The translations under genes were made by a program, and so were the position numbers. Positions 9,425-18,791 of a DNA stretch of 45,584 nt are shown one piece after another. Below the pieces are notes generated by a model. It did no database searches. It worked only from the letters and a program-made list of their open reading frames with translations, and had not been told where the DNA came from. Within the stretch, counting starts at the first letter, position 1; each line of letters begins with the position of its first letter. This stretch comes from Clostridia bacterium (lineage in GTDB: Bacteria; Bacillota; Clostridia; TANB77; CAG-465): the NCBI GenBank assembly GCA_045536565.1, contig JAZSNU010000019.1:1-45584 (forward strand), written 5' to 3'.

Positions 9425-10060
9425 TCAATCTAACTGCATACCAAAAATATTATCATCCTTAAATTTAATATCATCTTTTTCGGATAACGGTGGAACCTCT
9501 ACATTATAACTACTTTCTACACTAGAAATGTTTGATTGCAACTCTTTAATAAAATCACTTTCTTCTTTTCCTTGCGTTATTCCAACTTCTGCAAAATACT
9601 CATTCATTTGTTTAGAAGTAGTTCTGCCTAGTTTATCTATAAATCCTAAGAAAAAAGCGGTTTCTTCATTTCTTGTTGGTATATTTGTATAATTATCTAT
9701 TTCTTTTCTAGTTAGCATATTACCATCATAAAATTTATCTAATCCGTGTTCCTCTCCAAATTCATTAAGTTCAAGTAAGGATTTTAAAGCAGCAGAATGA
9801 CAGTCACATCTTTTATCTTCGTAGTCATAGGCTTTCTCTTCTATTGCCCTAGAACGCTTTCCTTTGTTTAATTTAGAAAACCAAGCAGATTCAATACGAA
9901 TATTTCTATATGCCACAAATGTTTTAATTCTATCAACTGTTCTTAACATTATTTTATAGTCTGGTGAATTTATATCTATACCCGCTTCCTCATCCCATTT
10001 AAGCCTTAATTCTTTTTCTCTTTTTATATACTTTAAAAATAACTTGATTTTATCTTCCAT
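9425..10060 (-). CDS. Hypothetical helical protein, weak DUF3232-like resemblance
   Basis: 211-aa ORF with SD GAGGT. The segment DKRCDCHSAALKSLLELNEFGEEHGL loosely recalls DUF3232; family unverified. Confidence 0.6.
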   Translation of the reverse strand: MEDKIKLFLKYIKREKELRLKWDEEAGIDINSPDYKIMLRTVDRIKTFVAYRNIRIESAWFSKLNKGKRSRAIEEKAYDYEDKRCDCHSAALKSLLELNEFGEEHGLDKFYDGNMLTRKEIDNYTNIPTRNEETAFFLGFIDKLGRTTSKQMNEYFAEVGITQGKEESDFIKELQSNISSVESSYNVEVPPLSEKDDIKFKDDNIFGMQLD

Positions 10061-10135
10061 AATACATAACCTCTAAATATATAACAAAAAGCCTAATACA
10101 AAACAAATTAACTGCTTTATATCTAGGCTTTTAAA

Positions 10136-10324
10136 TTACATTGCTCTTTCAACTTTTCCTGATTTTAAACATCTAGCACAAACCTTTACACTTTTAACTG
10201 TTCCGTTATCATTAACTCTTACAGATTGTAAATTAGATTTTACTGTTCTAGAAGTTTTTCTATTAGAGTGACTAACATTGTTTCCAAAAGTTAATCCTTT
10301 TTCACAAACTTCACATTTTGCCAT
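10136..10324 (-). CDS. rpmB: 50S ribosomal protein L28
   Basis: CEVC...GNNVSHSNRKT...VCARCLKSG. Confidence 0.96.
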   Translation of the reverse strand: MAKCEVCEKGLTFGNNVSHSNRKTSRTVKSNLQSVRVNDNGTVKSVKVCARCLKSGKVERAM

Positions 10325-10403
10325 GCCTTATAGCACCTCCTTAAATATATAAGTCAAAACATTACTTACATATTGTAACACATAATTTCAAAATAATCAA
10401 TAG

Positions 10404-11885
10404 TTAAATTCTAATTATTGCTCCTAATGCCTGATTACATAGATAATTTTCTGTATTTACTTCTCTATTATATCCACCACTAATTACTATTGTATCACCA
10501 GAAGCTAATTTACCTTCTTCTTTTAATATGTTAATTCCCTTTGTTATTATTTCATCAAAATCATATACATCTGGTACATGAACTGCATGTACTCCCCATT
10601 CTAATGAGAATTGTCTATATGTTTTTTCACTTGCTGTTATAACATATATAGGACAAGCTGGTCTAAATCCAGATAAAATTGACGGCGTTTTACCATTTTC
10701 AGAAACAAGTATTACAGCTTTTGCTCCTGAGAACATTGCTGAACTACATACTGAGAAATTTACTCTTCTTTTATAATGAGTTAATTCATCTTCACCTGGA
10801 AGCGCATTGTCTTCTGCTTCAATATATGGAGTAAACATTTCTATATTTCTCTTTTTAAATCTGTTCCAGTATTTTATAGAGCCCTCAATAGTAGTAGCAA
10901 TTTCATCCATCATTTTTATACATTCAACTGGATAATCTCCCATTGCAGTTTCACCAGATAGCATTATAGCACTACTTGAATCGTAGATAGCATTAGCTAC
11001 ATCGGATACTTCTGCTCTTGTAGGTCTAGGGCTTGAAATCATGCTCTCTAACATTTGTGTTGCCGTTATAACTGGTTTTCCTGCTTTATATGCTCTTTTA
11101 ATCATTTCTTTTTGATTAATTGGAATTGTTTCAAGTGGCATTTCAACACCCATATCTCCACGAGCCACCATTATTCCATCTGATTCTATTAATATTTCAT
11201 CAAAGTTTTCTATTCCTTCTTGATTTTCTATTTTAGATATTACCTTTATTTTTTCTCCACCAAGACTTTTTAAGTATTCTTTTATTTCTCTTACATCATC
11301 TGCTTTTCTTACAAATGATGCTGCTATATAGTCTACATCATTTTCTACACCAAATTTAATATCCGCTTTATCTTGCTCTGTAATTGCAGGAAGAGATAAT
11401 TTTACTCCTGGAAGATTAACACCCCTTCTAGATTTAATATTTGCAGAATTTAATATTTTACAAATTATATCATTTTTAATAATTCTTTCTACTACTAAAT
11501 CAACTGCTCCATCATTTAAAAGAATATGTTCACCTTGCTTTACATCATTAACTATATTTTCATATGTAACATGAACTAAATCCTTAGTCCCTTCACATTT
11601 GTCAGTAGTTAAAGTTATATATTCACCTTCTACAAGAGACACTTCACCATCTTTAAAATCTCCAAGTCTTATCTCTGGTCCTTTTGTATCTAGCATTATG
11701 GCTACATCTGTCTTTCTTTCCTTATTTATTTTCTTTATTCTATTAATTTTTGCTAAATGTTCTTCATGACTTCCATGCGAAAAATTCATTCTAACAACAT
11801 TCATTCCTGCATCAATTAATTTTATAAGCATTTCCTCACTTTCACTTGCTGGTCCTATTGTTGCAACTATTTTAGTTTTTCTCAT
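10404..11885 (-). CDS. pyk: Pyruvate kinase
   Basis: RKTKIVATIGP, RMNFSHG, DTKGPEIR, MVARGDMGVE, TATQMLESM, MLSGETA. Confidence 0.98.
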   Translation of the reverse strand: MRKTKIVATIGPASESEEMLIKLIDAGMNVVRMNFSHGSHEEHLAKINRIKKINKERKTDVAIMLDTKGPEIRLGDFKDGEVSLVEGEYITLTTDKCEGTKDLVHVTYENIVNDVKQGEHILLNDGAVDLVVERIIKNDIICKILNSANIKSRRGVNLPGVKLSLPAITEQDKADIKFGVENDVDYIAASFVRKADDVREIKEYLKSLGGEKIKVISKIENQEGIENFDEILIESDGIMVARGDMGVEMPLETIPINQKEMIKRAYKAGKPVITATQMLESMISSPRPTRAEVSDVANAIYDSSSAIMLSGETAMGDYPVECIKMMDEIATTIEGSIKYWNRFKKRNIEMFTPYIEAEDNALPGEDELTHYKRRVNFSVCSSAMFSGAKAVILVSENGKTPSILSGFRPACPIYVITASEKTYRQFSLEWGVHAVHVPDVYDFDEIITKGINILKEEGKLASGDTIVISGGYNREVNTENYLCNQALGAIIRI

Positions 11886-12026
11886 ATTTTTTCCTCCTAT
11901 TGTTTATATTTATTATACATATTATACTACTAAATATACTATAACAACTAGAAACTTTTTTCAATACCAATAGAAAAAAGATTTCACAAATCTAACATTT
12001 ATATTTAATATACTCTGTCCTATTTA

Positions 12027-12054
12027 ACAAGTACAAACACACATACATAAAATA
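12027..12054 (+). promoter_or_regulatory. SigK-like promoter
   Basis: ACA-N16-CATA-AAA-TA matches the Bacillus sigma-K consensus, upstream of the Cys-rich gene pair. Confidence 0.45.
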
Positions 12055-12084
12055 GTTATATATATACATATTGGAGGGATAGTT

Positions 12085-12450
12085 ATGAGTAATTCTTGTT
12101 TTGCTATTTTAATAAGGCAGAGAGCATGTCAAAATGGAGTACCTGTAACAACCGATAAAGTTATTAGTAATATTAATGAGGCAGAAAATGTGAGTTTAAA
12201 TTTTGGATATACTGTAAGTCTATCTACTTTTGGCTCAGATGATATATTAGTTACATTTACAAATGTCGCTTTAAATCTTACGCTACGATTTTCAATATCT
12301 AATCCTGGAATTGGCGTATTTGACCTTCCAATAGATGGTGGTACATTTAGAGTTGTAATTATATCACAAGAGGTCTGTTGTAATACATCGTCGGTATGTA
12401 ATTGTTCTTGTTGTAATAATAACAATACATCTAATAGCGGTTGGTTTTAG
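12085..12450 (+). CDS. Small protein with Cys-rich tail, putative spore coat/exosporium protein
   Basis: SD GGAGG; C-terminal VCCNTSSVCNCSCC; SigK-like promoter. Confidence 0.65.
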   Translation: MSNSCFAILIRQRACQNGVPVTTDKVISNINEAENVSLNFGYTVSLSTFGSDDILVTFTNVALNLTLRFSISNPGIGVFDLPIDGGTFRVVIISQEVCCNTSSVCNCSCCNNNNTSNSGWF

Positions 12451-12462
12451 TGGAGGTGTATT

Positions 12463-12765
12463 ATGGATAATTTTAATGTTAACTTAACTATTAAAGATAT
12501 ATGCTGTAATAACTGCTGTAAATGTGTTAATGAAAAAACAATAACAATTACAGACAGTTCTACTATTATTTCACTCCAAGATGGTTTTTCGTTTAGGATT
12601 ATATCTGTTTCAAATAACAGGGTAATTTTTGAAATTAGAAAAGGGTTTTTAAGATTTATTAGGTTTGGTTATATAAATATTACTACTAATATTTGCCTTC
12701 CTTGCTCAGAATGTTGCCATGAACATATTCTTATTGTAACAATAAATAGCATAGTTTCAAATTAA
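12463..12765 (+). CDS. Small Cys-rich protein, putative spore coat protein
   Basis: SD GGAGGTG; CCNNCCKC and CLPCSECC clusters. Confidence 0.65.
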   Translation: MDNFNVNLTIKDICCNNCCKCVNEKTITITDSSTIISLQDGFSFRIISVSNNRVIFEIRKGFLRFIRFGYINITTNICLPCSECCHEHILIVTINSIVSN

Positions 12766-12777
12766 ACTATGCTATTT
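12744..12777. terminator. Bidirectional terminator
   Basis: Perfect 14-bp AAATAGCATAGTTT/AAACTATGCTATTT repeat between convergent genes. Confidence 0.75.
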
Positions 12778-12782
12778 GCTTT

Positions 12783-13745
12783 CTATACTTTTTCGATTAA
12801 ACTAAGTTCCTTATTGTTAAATACAATATCATATAACTTAGGTATTATATCTAAATTTATTTTCTTTTCTATCATATAGTTGTTAAGTGATTCTATAATC
12901 TTAATCCCTTCAACTGTTTTACCATCTAATTTTTCTACCGCTTGTTCTAGTGTATATCCTTGTCCTAAAAGTTTGCCACATGAAAAGTTTCTGCTTTTTT
13001 CGCTCATACAAGTAAGTATTAAATCACCTACACCGGCATATGTGTATACTGTTTTATGAGTTCCACCAAGAGAAGCTATTATTTTCATAATATCTTTTAT
13101 TCCTCTTGTAAGGTAAGCAGCCTTTGTTGAGTCTGCTGCACCTAATCCATGCAAAATACCAGAACCTATTGCAACTGCATTTTTTACAGCTCCACAAATT
13201 TGAACACCTACATCATCTTTACTTTTATCTATACAAATATTATCATTTTTTAATAATTCATATATACTTTCTACTGCTTCGTTATTTTTCCCAGCTAAGA
13301 CAAATGATATAGGGCTATTTGTTGCTATCTCAATTGCAAATGAAGGACCAGATAATGCACATACTTTATCTGTATTTAAAGCATTGGCAAATATCTCAGT
13401 TGTAGTTTCAAAAGTCGTCATATCCATGCCTTTTGTTGTACTACAAATATACTGTCCGTTATATATATCTTTTAACTCTTCTGCTACACTTCTTGCTGCA
13501 ACAAAAGGTAAACAATTTATGATAATTGTTGCATCATCTATTGCCTCTTTTAAATCAGATGTTATTTCTATTTCATCATTTATTTTTATTCCAGGAAGAA
13601 GCTTATCATTTGCGCGAGTCGTTTTTACTAATTCTTTTTCCTCTTCAAATTTAGTCCACATTGATAAGCTTACTTCTTTTGTTTCTGATATTACTTTTGC
13701 AAGTGCTAATCCTAGTGCGCCAGTTCCTAATATCGTTACTTTCAT
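12783..13745 (-). CDS. gpsA: NAD(P)H-dependent glycerol-3-phosphate dehydrogenase
   Basis: GTGALG Rossmann motif, LSGPSFA, GAVKNAVAI, GVGDLILTC...SRN, VEG. Confidence 0.95.
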   Translation of the reverse strand: MKVTILGTGALGLALAKVISETKEVSLSMWTKFEEEKELVKTTRANDKLLPGIKINDEIEITSDLKEAIDDATIIINCLPFVAARSVAEELKDIYNGQYICSTTKGMDMTTFETTTEIFANALNTDKVCALSGPSFAIEIATNSPISFVLAGKNNEAVESIYELLKNDNICIDKSKDDVGVQICGAVKNAVAIGSGILHGLGAADSTKAAYLTRGIKDIMKIIASLGGTHKTVYTYAGVGDLILTCMSEKSRNFSCGKLLGQGYTLEQAVEKLDGKTVEGIKIIESLNNYMIEKKINLDIIPKLYDIVFNNKELSLIEKV

Positions 13746-13755
13746 AAATTCTCCT

Positions 13756-15552
13756 TTATACTTTATCAGTTTCTTTTATATCAAGCTTTATGCTTAATTC
13801 TTCTAATTGTTTATCATCAACAGTTCCAGGAGCTTCTGTCATTTGACAAGATGCGTTTTTATCCTTAGGGAAAGCTATTGTATCTCTTATAGAATCTAAG
13901 CCTAACATAAGCATTATTAATCTATCAAATCCATATGCTAATCCCCCATGTGGTGGAACACCATATTTAAATGCATTTAATAAGAATCCAAATCTTTCTT
14001 GTGCTTCCTCAGCTGTAAATCCTAATGTTTCAAATACTTTTTGTTGAAGCTCTCTTGAATGTATTCTTATACTTCCTCCACCTAGCTCTGTTCCATTTAA
14101 TATAATATCATACGCTTTTGCTCTAACTTTACCAGGATCTGTATCCATAAGCTCTATGTCTTCATCTTTTGGAGCTGTAAATGGGTGGTGAACTGCATAA
14201 TATCTTTTATCTTCTTCATCATACTCGAACATTGGGAAATCTGTAACCCATAAGAAGTTATATTCTTTATTATCTATCATGTTTAGTCTTTTTGCCATTT
14301 CACATCTTAATGCTCCAAGAGAAGCAAATACAACATCGTTTTTATCAGCAACAAATAATACTAAGTCACCTTCTTTTGCGTCCATTCTCTCAATAACTTT
14401 ATTTATTTGTTCTTCACTCATAAATCTTAATATATTTGATTTATATTCGCCATTTTCTATTGCAAATGAAGCTAAACCTTTTGCTTTATATACTTTTACA
14501 AAGTCAATTAATTCATCAACTTGTTTTCTTGTATATCCTGCCGCACCTGGTACAGATATTGCTCTTACTGAACCACCCTTTGCAATTGTATCTGCAAATA
14601 CTTTAAAGTCGCATCCAGCAAATATATCAGATAAATCTTTAAGTTCCATTCCAAATCTTAAATCTGGCTTATCAGAACCAAATCTTTCCATAGCTTCTGA
14701 ATATGGCATTCTTAAAAATGGTATTTGAATATCTACATCTAATACTTTTTTGAATAATTCTTTAAGATATCTTTCTTGTATATCCATTACATCATCTTCA
14801 TCTACAAAAGATAATTCCATATCTATTTGTGTAAATTCAGGTTGTCTATCCGCTCTTAAATCCTCATCTCTAAAACATCTTGCAATTTGAATATATCTAT
14901 CATATCCAGAAAGCATTAATAGTTGTTTAAATATTTGTGGTGATTGAGGAAGTGCATAAAAACATCCTGGGTTTACTCTACTTGGTACTAAATAATCTCT
15001 TGCGCCTTCTGGCGTACTCTTAGTAAGCATAGGTGTGTCTACTTCTATAAATCCTTCATTATCAAAAAAGTTTCTAGTAATGTTAGATATTTTACTTTTT
15101 AACATTAAGTTTCTTTGCATATCTGGTCTTCTTAAATCTAAATATCTATATTTCATTCTAGTTTGTTCTGCAACATTACTATTTTCTTCTATTGCAAAAG
15201 GAAGTACATCACATTCAGATAATACTCTTATACTTTTTGCAATTATTTCAATATTTCCTGTTTTTAATTTGCTATTTATTGTTGCATCAGATCTTTTTAC
15301 AACTTCACCTTCTATTGAAAGTACAAACTCATTTTTTATATGACTTGCTTTTTCAAAATCTTCTCCAACATTTTTTGCATCTATAACTACTTGTACAATA
15401 CCAGTTCTATCTCTTAAATCAACAAATATTATACTTCCCATATCTCTTCTTACTGCAACCCATCCCATTGCAGTTACATTTTTACCTACATAAGTTTCGT
15501 CAAATTCTGCACATCTTGCTGTTCTTTTTTGTCCTGTGATTAATTCTGACAT
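13756..15552 (-). CDS. aspS: Aspartate--tRNA ligase
   Basis: FVDLRDRTG, TPEGARDYLVPSR, FRDEDLRADRQPEFTQ, ELGGGSIRIH, PPHGG. Confidence 0.98.
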   Translation of the reverse strand: MSELITGQKRTARCAEFDETYVGKNVTAMGWVAVRRDMGSIIFVDLRDRTGIVQVVIDAKNVGEDFEKASHIKNEFVLSIEGEVVKRSDATINSKLKTGNIEIIAKSIRVLSECDVLPFAIEENSNVAEQTRMKYRYLDLRRPDMQRNLMLKSKISNITRNFFDNEGFIEVDTPMLTKSTPEGARDYLVPSRVNPGCFYALPQSPQIFKQLLMLSGYDRYIQIARCFRDEDLRADRQPEFTQIDMELSFVDEDDVMDIQERYLKELFKKVLDVDIQIPFLRMPYSEAMERFGSDKPDLRFGMELKDLSDIFAGCDFKVFADTIAKGGSVRAISVPGAAGYTRKQVDELIDFVKVYKAKGLASFAIENGEYKSNILRFMSEEQINKVIERMDAKEGDLVLFVADKNDVVFASLGALRCEMAKRLNMIDNKEYNFLWVTDFPMFEYDEEDKRYYAVHHPFTAPKDEDIELMDTDPGKVRAKAYDIILNGTELGGGSIRIHSRELQQKVFETLGFTAEEAQERFGFLLNAFKYGVPPHGGLAYGFDRLIMLMLGLDSIRDTIAFPKDKNASCQMTEAPGTVDDKQLEELSIKLDIKETDKV

Positions 15553-15584
15553 TTAAATCCCTCCATTTGTTCTAATACTCGTAA

Positions 15585-15613
15585 ATTATATCATTAACTC
15601 TTAAATCTTGCAA
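15585..15613 (-). promoter_or_regulatory. Sigma-A promoter of aspS-gpsA
   Basis: TTGCAA-17-TATAAT with extended -10 TG, about 33 nt from the ATG. Confidence 0.65.
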
Positions 15614-15656
15614 CTATATACGGCTTGTAATTTAAATATATTACTGATTTTATGGG

Positions 15657-15693
15657 AAAATAAAGTGCTTGCACATATCAAGCACTTTATTTT
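15657..15693 (-). terminator. Terminator of the secG-rnr-trmB operon
   Basis: AAAATAAAGTGCTTG/CAAGCACTTTATTTT perfect inverted repeat. Confidence 0.75.
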
Positions 15694-15694
15694 A

Positions 15695-16201
15695 TTATTT
15701 TTTTACTTCATAACTATCTTTTTCTATATCATATATGTATTTTATAACTGTAACATTTTCTTTGGTATCAGTTATGCTTTTTTTAGAAATTATAATTTCA
15801 ATCTTTGTATCATTATCTATGTAGTCATATGTATAATCTATTTCAATCTTTTCATTATCTGTTATATTACTTGCATAATCGAACATATCTTGATATATGC
15901 GATACATTTCACTATTCATGGCTTGTATTTGAGTTGTTTCTAAATTAACCTTTGGAAGCCTTACCTTGAATTTTAGATTATATAAGCCAGATGATACTTC
16001 TTTTTCGGTATTCATGTATTCAGTTACTAAATTAGATTTTGGAACTGAAAGTTCTTGGTTACTTCCTTCATCTACACCAACTATATTGTTAATATTTTCA
16101 TCTTTTAATATTGCCGACATAAGTGCCAGTATAACAAGAGTTGAGCATAATACAATACATGCTACCCCAATAAATATACTAAATTTAACCTCTTTATTCA
16201 T
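15695..16201 (-). CDS. Hypothetical membrane-anchored protein
   Basis: Start MNKEVK (SD AGAGG) overlapping the upstream stop; one N-terminal hydrophobic helix. Confidence 0.7.
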   Translation of the reverse strand: MNKEVKFSIFIGVACIVLCSTLVILALMSAILKDENINNIVGVDEGSNQELSVPKSNLVTEYMNTEKEVSSGLYNLKFKVRLPKVNLETTQIQAMNSEMYRIYQDMFDYASNITDNEKIEIDYTYDYIDNDTKIEIIISKKSITDTKENVTVIKYIYDIEKDSYEVKK

Positions 16202-17420
16202 TAACCTCTTCCCTTCTTCTTTTGATTTTATGTACAATATTCTTTTTTATCTCCACTATTTCGTGTTTTGCGCCTTTACTTGAATACATTATGCCACATA
16301 TAACAGAGGTAAATGGTATTGTAAATAGCAGTCCTAAACTTCCTACTAGTGCTTGCATAATTTCAATTATTATTGCCTCTTTATTAAACAAATTAATCAT
16401 AGATGTATTGTATGCTACTATAAGGACAATGCTAGACAATGAACTACCTACATAAGCCAAAACCAATGTGTTTGTCATCGTTGCAATTATGTCTTGTCCT
16501 ATTGTTATTCCAGATTTAAATATTTCTTTAAAATTTGGTTCTTTCATTTTATTTGCTATTTCTCTTAAAGACGATGCAATATCAATTGATATATCCATAA
16601 TCGCCCCTATCGCTCCAATTATAATTGAGGCAAATACAATAGCTTTTAAATCAATTGGATTTTCTATATTGAGAAGCACCATAAACATCGACTCTTCACT
16701 AGTATATCCAGATATATGAATTATACTATCCATTATAACTAATATAACAATTGAAAGAAATATTCCTGCAATACAACCTAATGCTGTTGCTATACTCTTT
16801 TTATCTATTCCATAAACAATTATAATTGTTGTTAAAATTATATATATACAGGTCATTATACAAAACAAATATATATTATATCCTGCAAGTATAGATGGAA
16901 CAAATACAATAAATATAGAACATACATTAAATGCTAATGCAAGTATTGTATTTAATCCTTTCTTTTTTCCAAATACTATAAGAAGAGATAGAAATATAAC
17001 GCCTAAAAATATAACTGGATTAATTCTTGCTCTATCAATATACTTCCATATACTTCCGCTTTCTGTTTGACCTACTTCTATTACAAGAATTTTATCTCCT
17101 TCTTTTAATTCTACCGCATTTTCGGCATTTGGATAGCTAATAATTTGTTCTGATTGTATAATTTCACCTTTATTCTCTTTGCCTAATAACTTTGCTTCAA
17201 ACCTAATCGTTACATCCTTAGCATCATCTGTTAGTCCTACAAGCGAATTTTCTTCTGTAATTGATAATATCTTGGTAACTTTTGCTTTTGTATATGTATC
17301 CTCCATACTTGCGACTTTATTAGTATTTTTTGATATAACTTTATTACCAATAAATATATATAACACTGCTAAAATAATTGTAACTACATATATAATTCTT
17401 TTTTTATTCATATATATCAA
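16194..17420 (-). CDS. YibE/F family membrane protein
   Basis: IIIGAIGAIMDISIDIAS, GQDIIATMTNTLVLAYVGSSL and EIMQALVGSLG motifs; true start may be ATG 17411. Confidence 0.88.
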   Translation of the reverse strand: MIYMNKKRIIYVVTIILAVLYIFIGNKVISKNTNKVASMEDTYTKAKVTKILSITEENSLVGLTDDAKDVTIRFEAKLLGKENKGEIIQSEQIISYPNAENAVELKEGDKILVIEVGQTESGSIWKYIDRARINPVIFLGVIFLSLLIVFGKKKGLNTILALAFNVCSIFIVFVPSILAGYNIYLFCIMTCIYIILTTIIIVYGIDKKSIATALGCIAGIFLSIVILVIMDSIIHISGYTSEESMFMVLLNIENPIDLKAIVFASIIIGAIGAIMDISIDIASSLREIANKMKEPNFKEIFKSGITIGQDIIATMTNTLVLAYVGSSLSSIVLIVAYNTSMINLFNKEAIIIEIMQALVGSLGLLFTIPFTSVICGIMYSSKGAKHEIVEIKKNIVHKIKRRREEVNE

Positions 17421-18065
17421 CTACTTTCTAAAATTAAATACTAATTTATATATCGGTCCTAATTTAGAAAATTTTTCTTCATATTCTGTAACAATATTAG
17501 GAATATCTTCTTTATGCAAATCAAGTGATATATATTCCATATTTACCTTATTTTTATTTAAATTCATTATTGAGTATTCAAATAGTTTTCTATTATCAGT
17601 TTTAAATTCAATATTACCTTCATCATTTAATATTTGGTTATATACATTCAAGAAACTATCTGATGTAAGTCTTCTTTTTTCATGTTTATTCTTTGGCCAT
17701 GGATCACTAAAATTAAGGTATATCTTATCTACTTCATTTTCTTCAAAAACTTCACAAAGCTGTTTTGCATCTGTGCTAAGAAGCATTAAATTATCTAATT
17801 TAATATTTTGTTCTTCTTCAAATCTTTCTAATTTTTTTATAGCAAGCGCTAAAACAGGTTTGCATACCTCTATACCTATATACAATGTATCTTCATTCTG
17901 CTTGGCTAAATTAGATATAAATGTACCTTTACCCATCCCAATTTCTATATGCAATTCTTTATATTGACCTTTTTTCCATGTTCCTTTATTTTCTTTTGGA
18001 TTTTCTATATATTTTTCTGAATTATTTAATATTTCATCTTGATTTTTAACATATCTTTGTCTCAT
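17421..18065 (-). CDS. trmB: tRNA (guanine-N7)-methyltransferase
   Basis: HIEIGMGKG, LNFSDPWPKNKHEKRRLT, FKTDN, TEYEEKF. Confidence 0.96.
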   Translation of the reverse strand: MRQRYVKNQDEILNNSEKYIENPKENKGTWKKGQYKELHIEIGMGKGTFISNLAKQNEDTLYIGIEVCKPVLALAIKKLERFEEEQNIKLDNLMLLSTDAKQLCEVFEENEVDKIYLNFSDPWPKNKHEKRRLTSDSFLNVYNQILNDEGNIEFKTDNRKLFEYSIMNLNKNKVNMEYISLDLHKEDIPNIVTEYEEKFSKLGPIYKLVFNFRK

Positions 18066-18086
18066 TTTAATTCCCTTCTATTTTAA

Positions 18087-18791
18087 CTATATGATATTTT
18101 GGATTAAGCAGACAATTAAATTAATAGCAATAACAATAGGTGCTATTTTTATAATCATTCTGTAATCAATCTTAACATCATTTTTTTGCATATCTGCTGT
18201 TTTTTTCTCTTTTTTAGCTAATACTTCATTATATTTATCTTCTTTTTTAGTGATTTCATATAGATGCAACTTAACATCTAAAAACGAAAACGACATGCTT
18301 TGTGTATATCTATACTTCTTAGTTGTATAATTACACATATACATTCCAATTGCAACAATAATTGATATCGTTAATATATCTATTATTACAGGTAATAAAT
18401 TGAGTGTAAGGGTTAATATTCTGCCGTGTAATTCCATTTCAAGTAACAAATTTCCTGATAGCATAAATATGTATGCTACATATGCAATGGTTGGTATATA
18501 GAAATATGGAACCCATCCAGCAAGAAGTATTAATAGTAATATAACTAGTCTTTCCTTTAACACAGATAATATTGATGTCTTAGGAAAGGATATTATCTCG
18601 TCCGTCATTTTAAAATCTGACGATGAAACTATTAAAACAACGAGTATGCTCAATATAATTCCCATTATGCTTAATACCTTTGTTTTTGTTATAACATGCT
18701 CTTTTAAAAACTTGCCCAATTCTTTTTTGCTATTTATTTTTTCTTTATCTTTTTTATGCTCAGCTTTTTGGGTTTTATTTGTTTTCTCCAT
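18087..18791 (-). CDS. Hypothetical multi-pass membrane protein
   Basis: 234 aa, several hydrophobic segments, overlaps the rnr stop. Confidence 0.7.
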   Translation of the reverse strand: MEKTNKTQKAEHKKDKEKINSKKELGKFLKEHVITKTKVLSIMGIILSILVVLIVSSSDFKMTDEIISFPKTSILSVLKERLVILLLILLAGWVPYFYIPTIAYVAYIFMLSGNLLLEMELHGRILTLTLNLLPVIIDILTISIIVAIGMYMCNYTTKKYRYTQSMSFSFLDVKLHLYEITKKEDKYNEVLAKKEKKTADMQKNDVKIDYRMIIKIAPIVIAINLIVCLIQNII

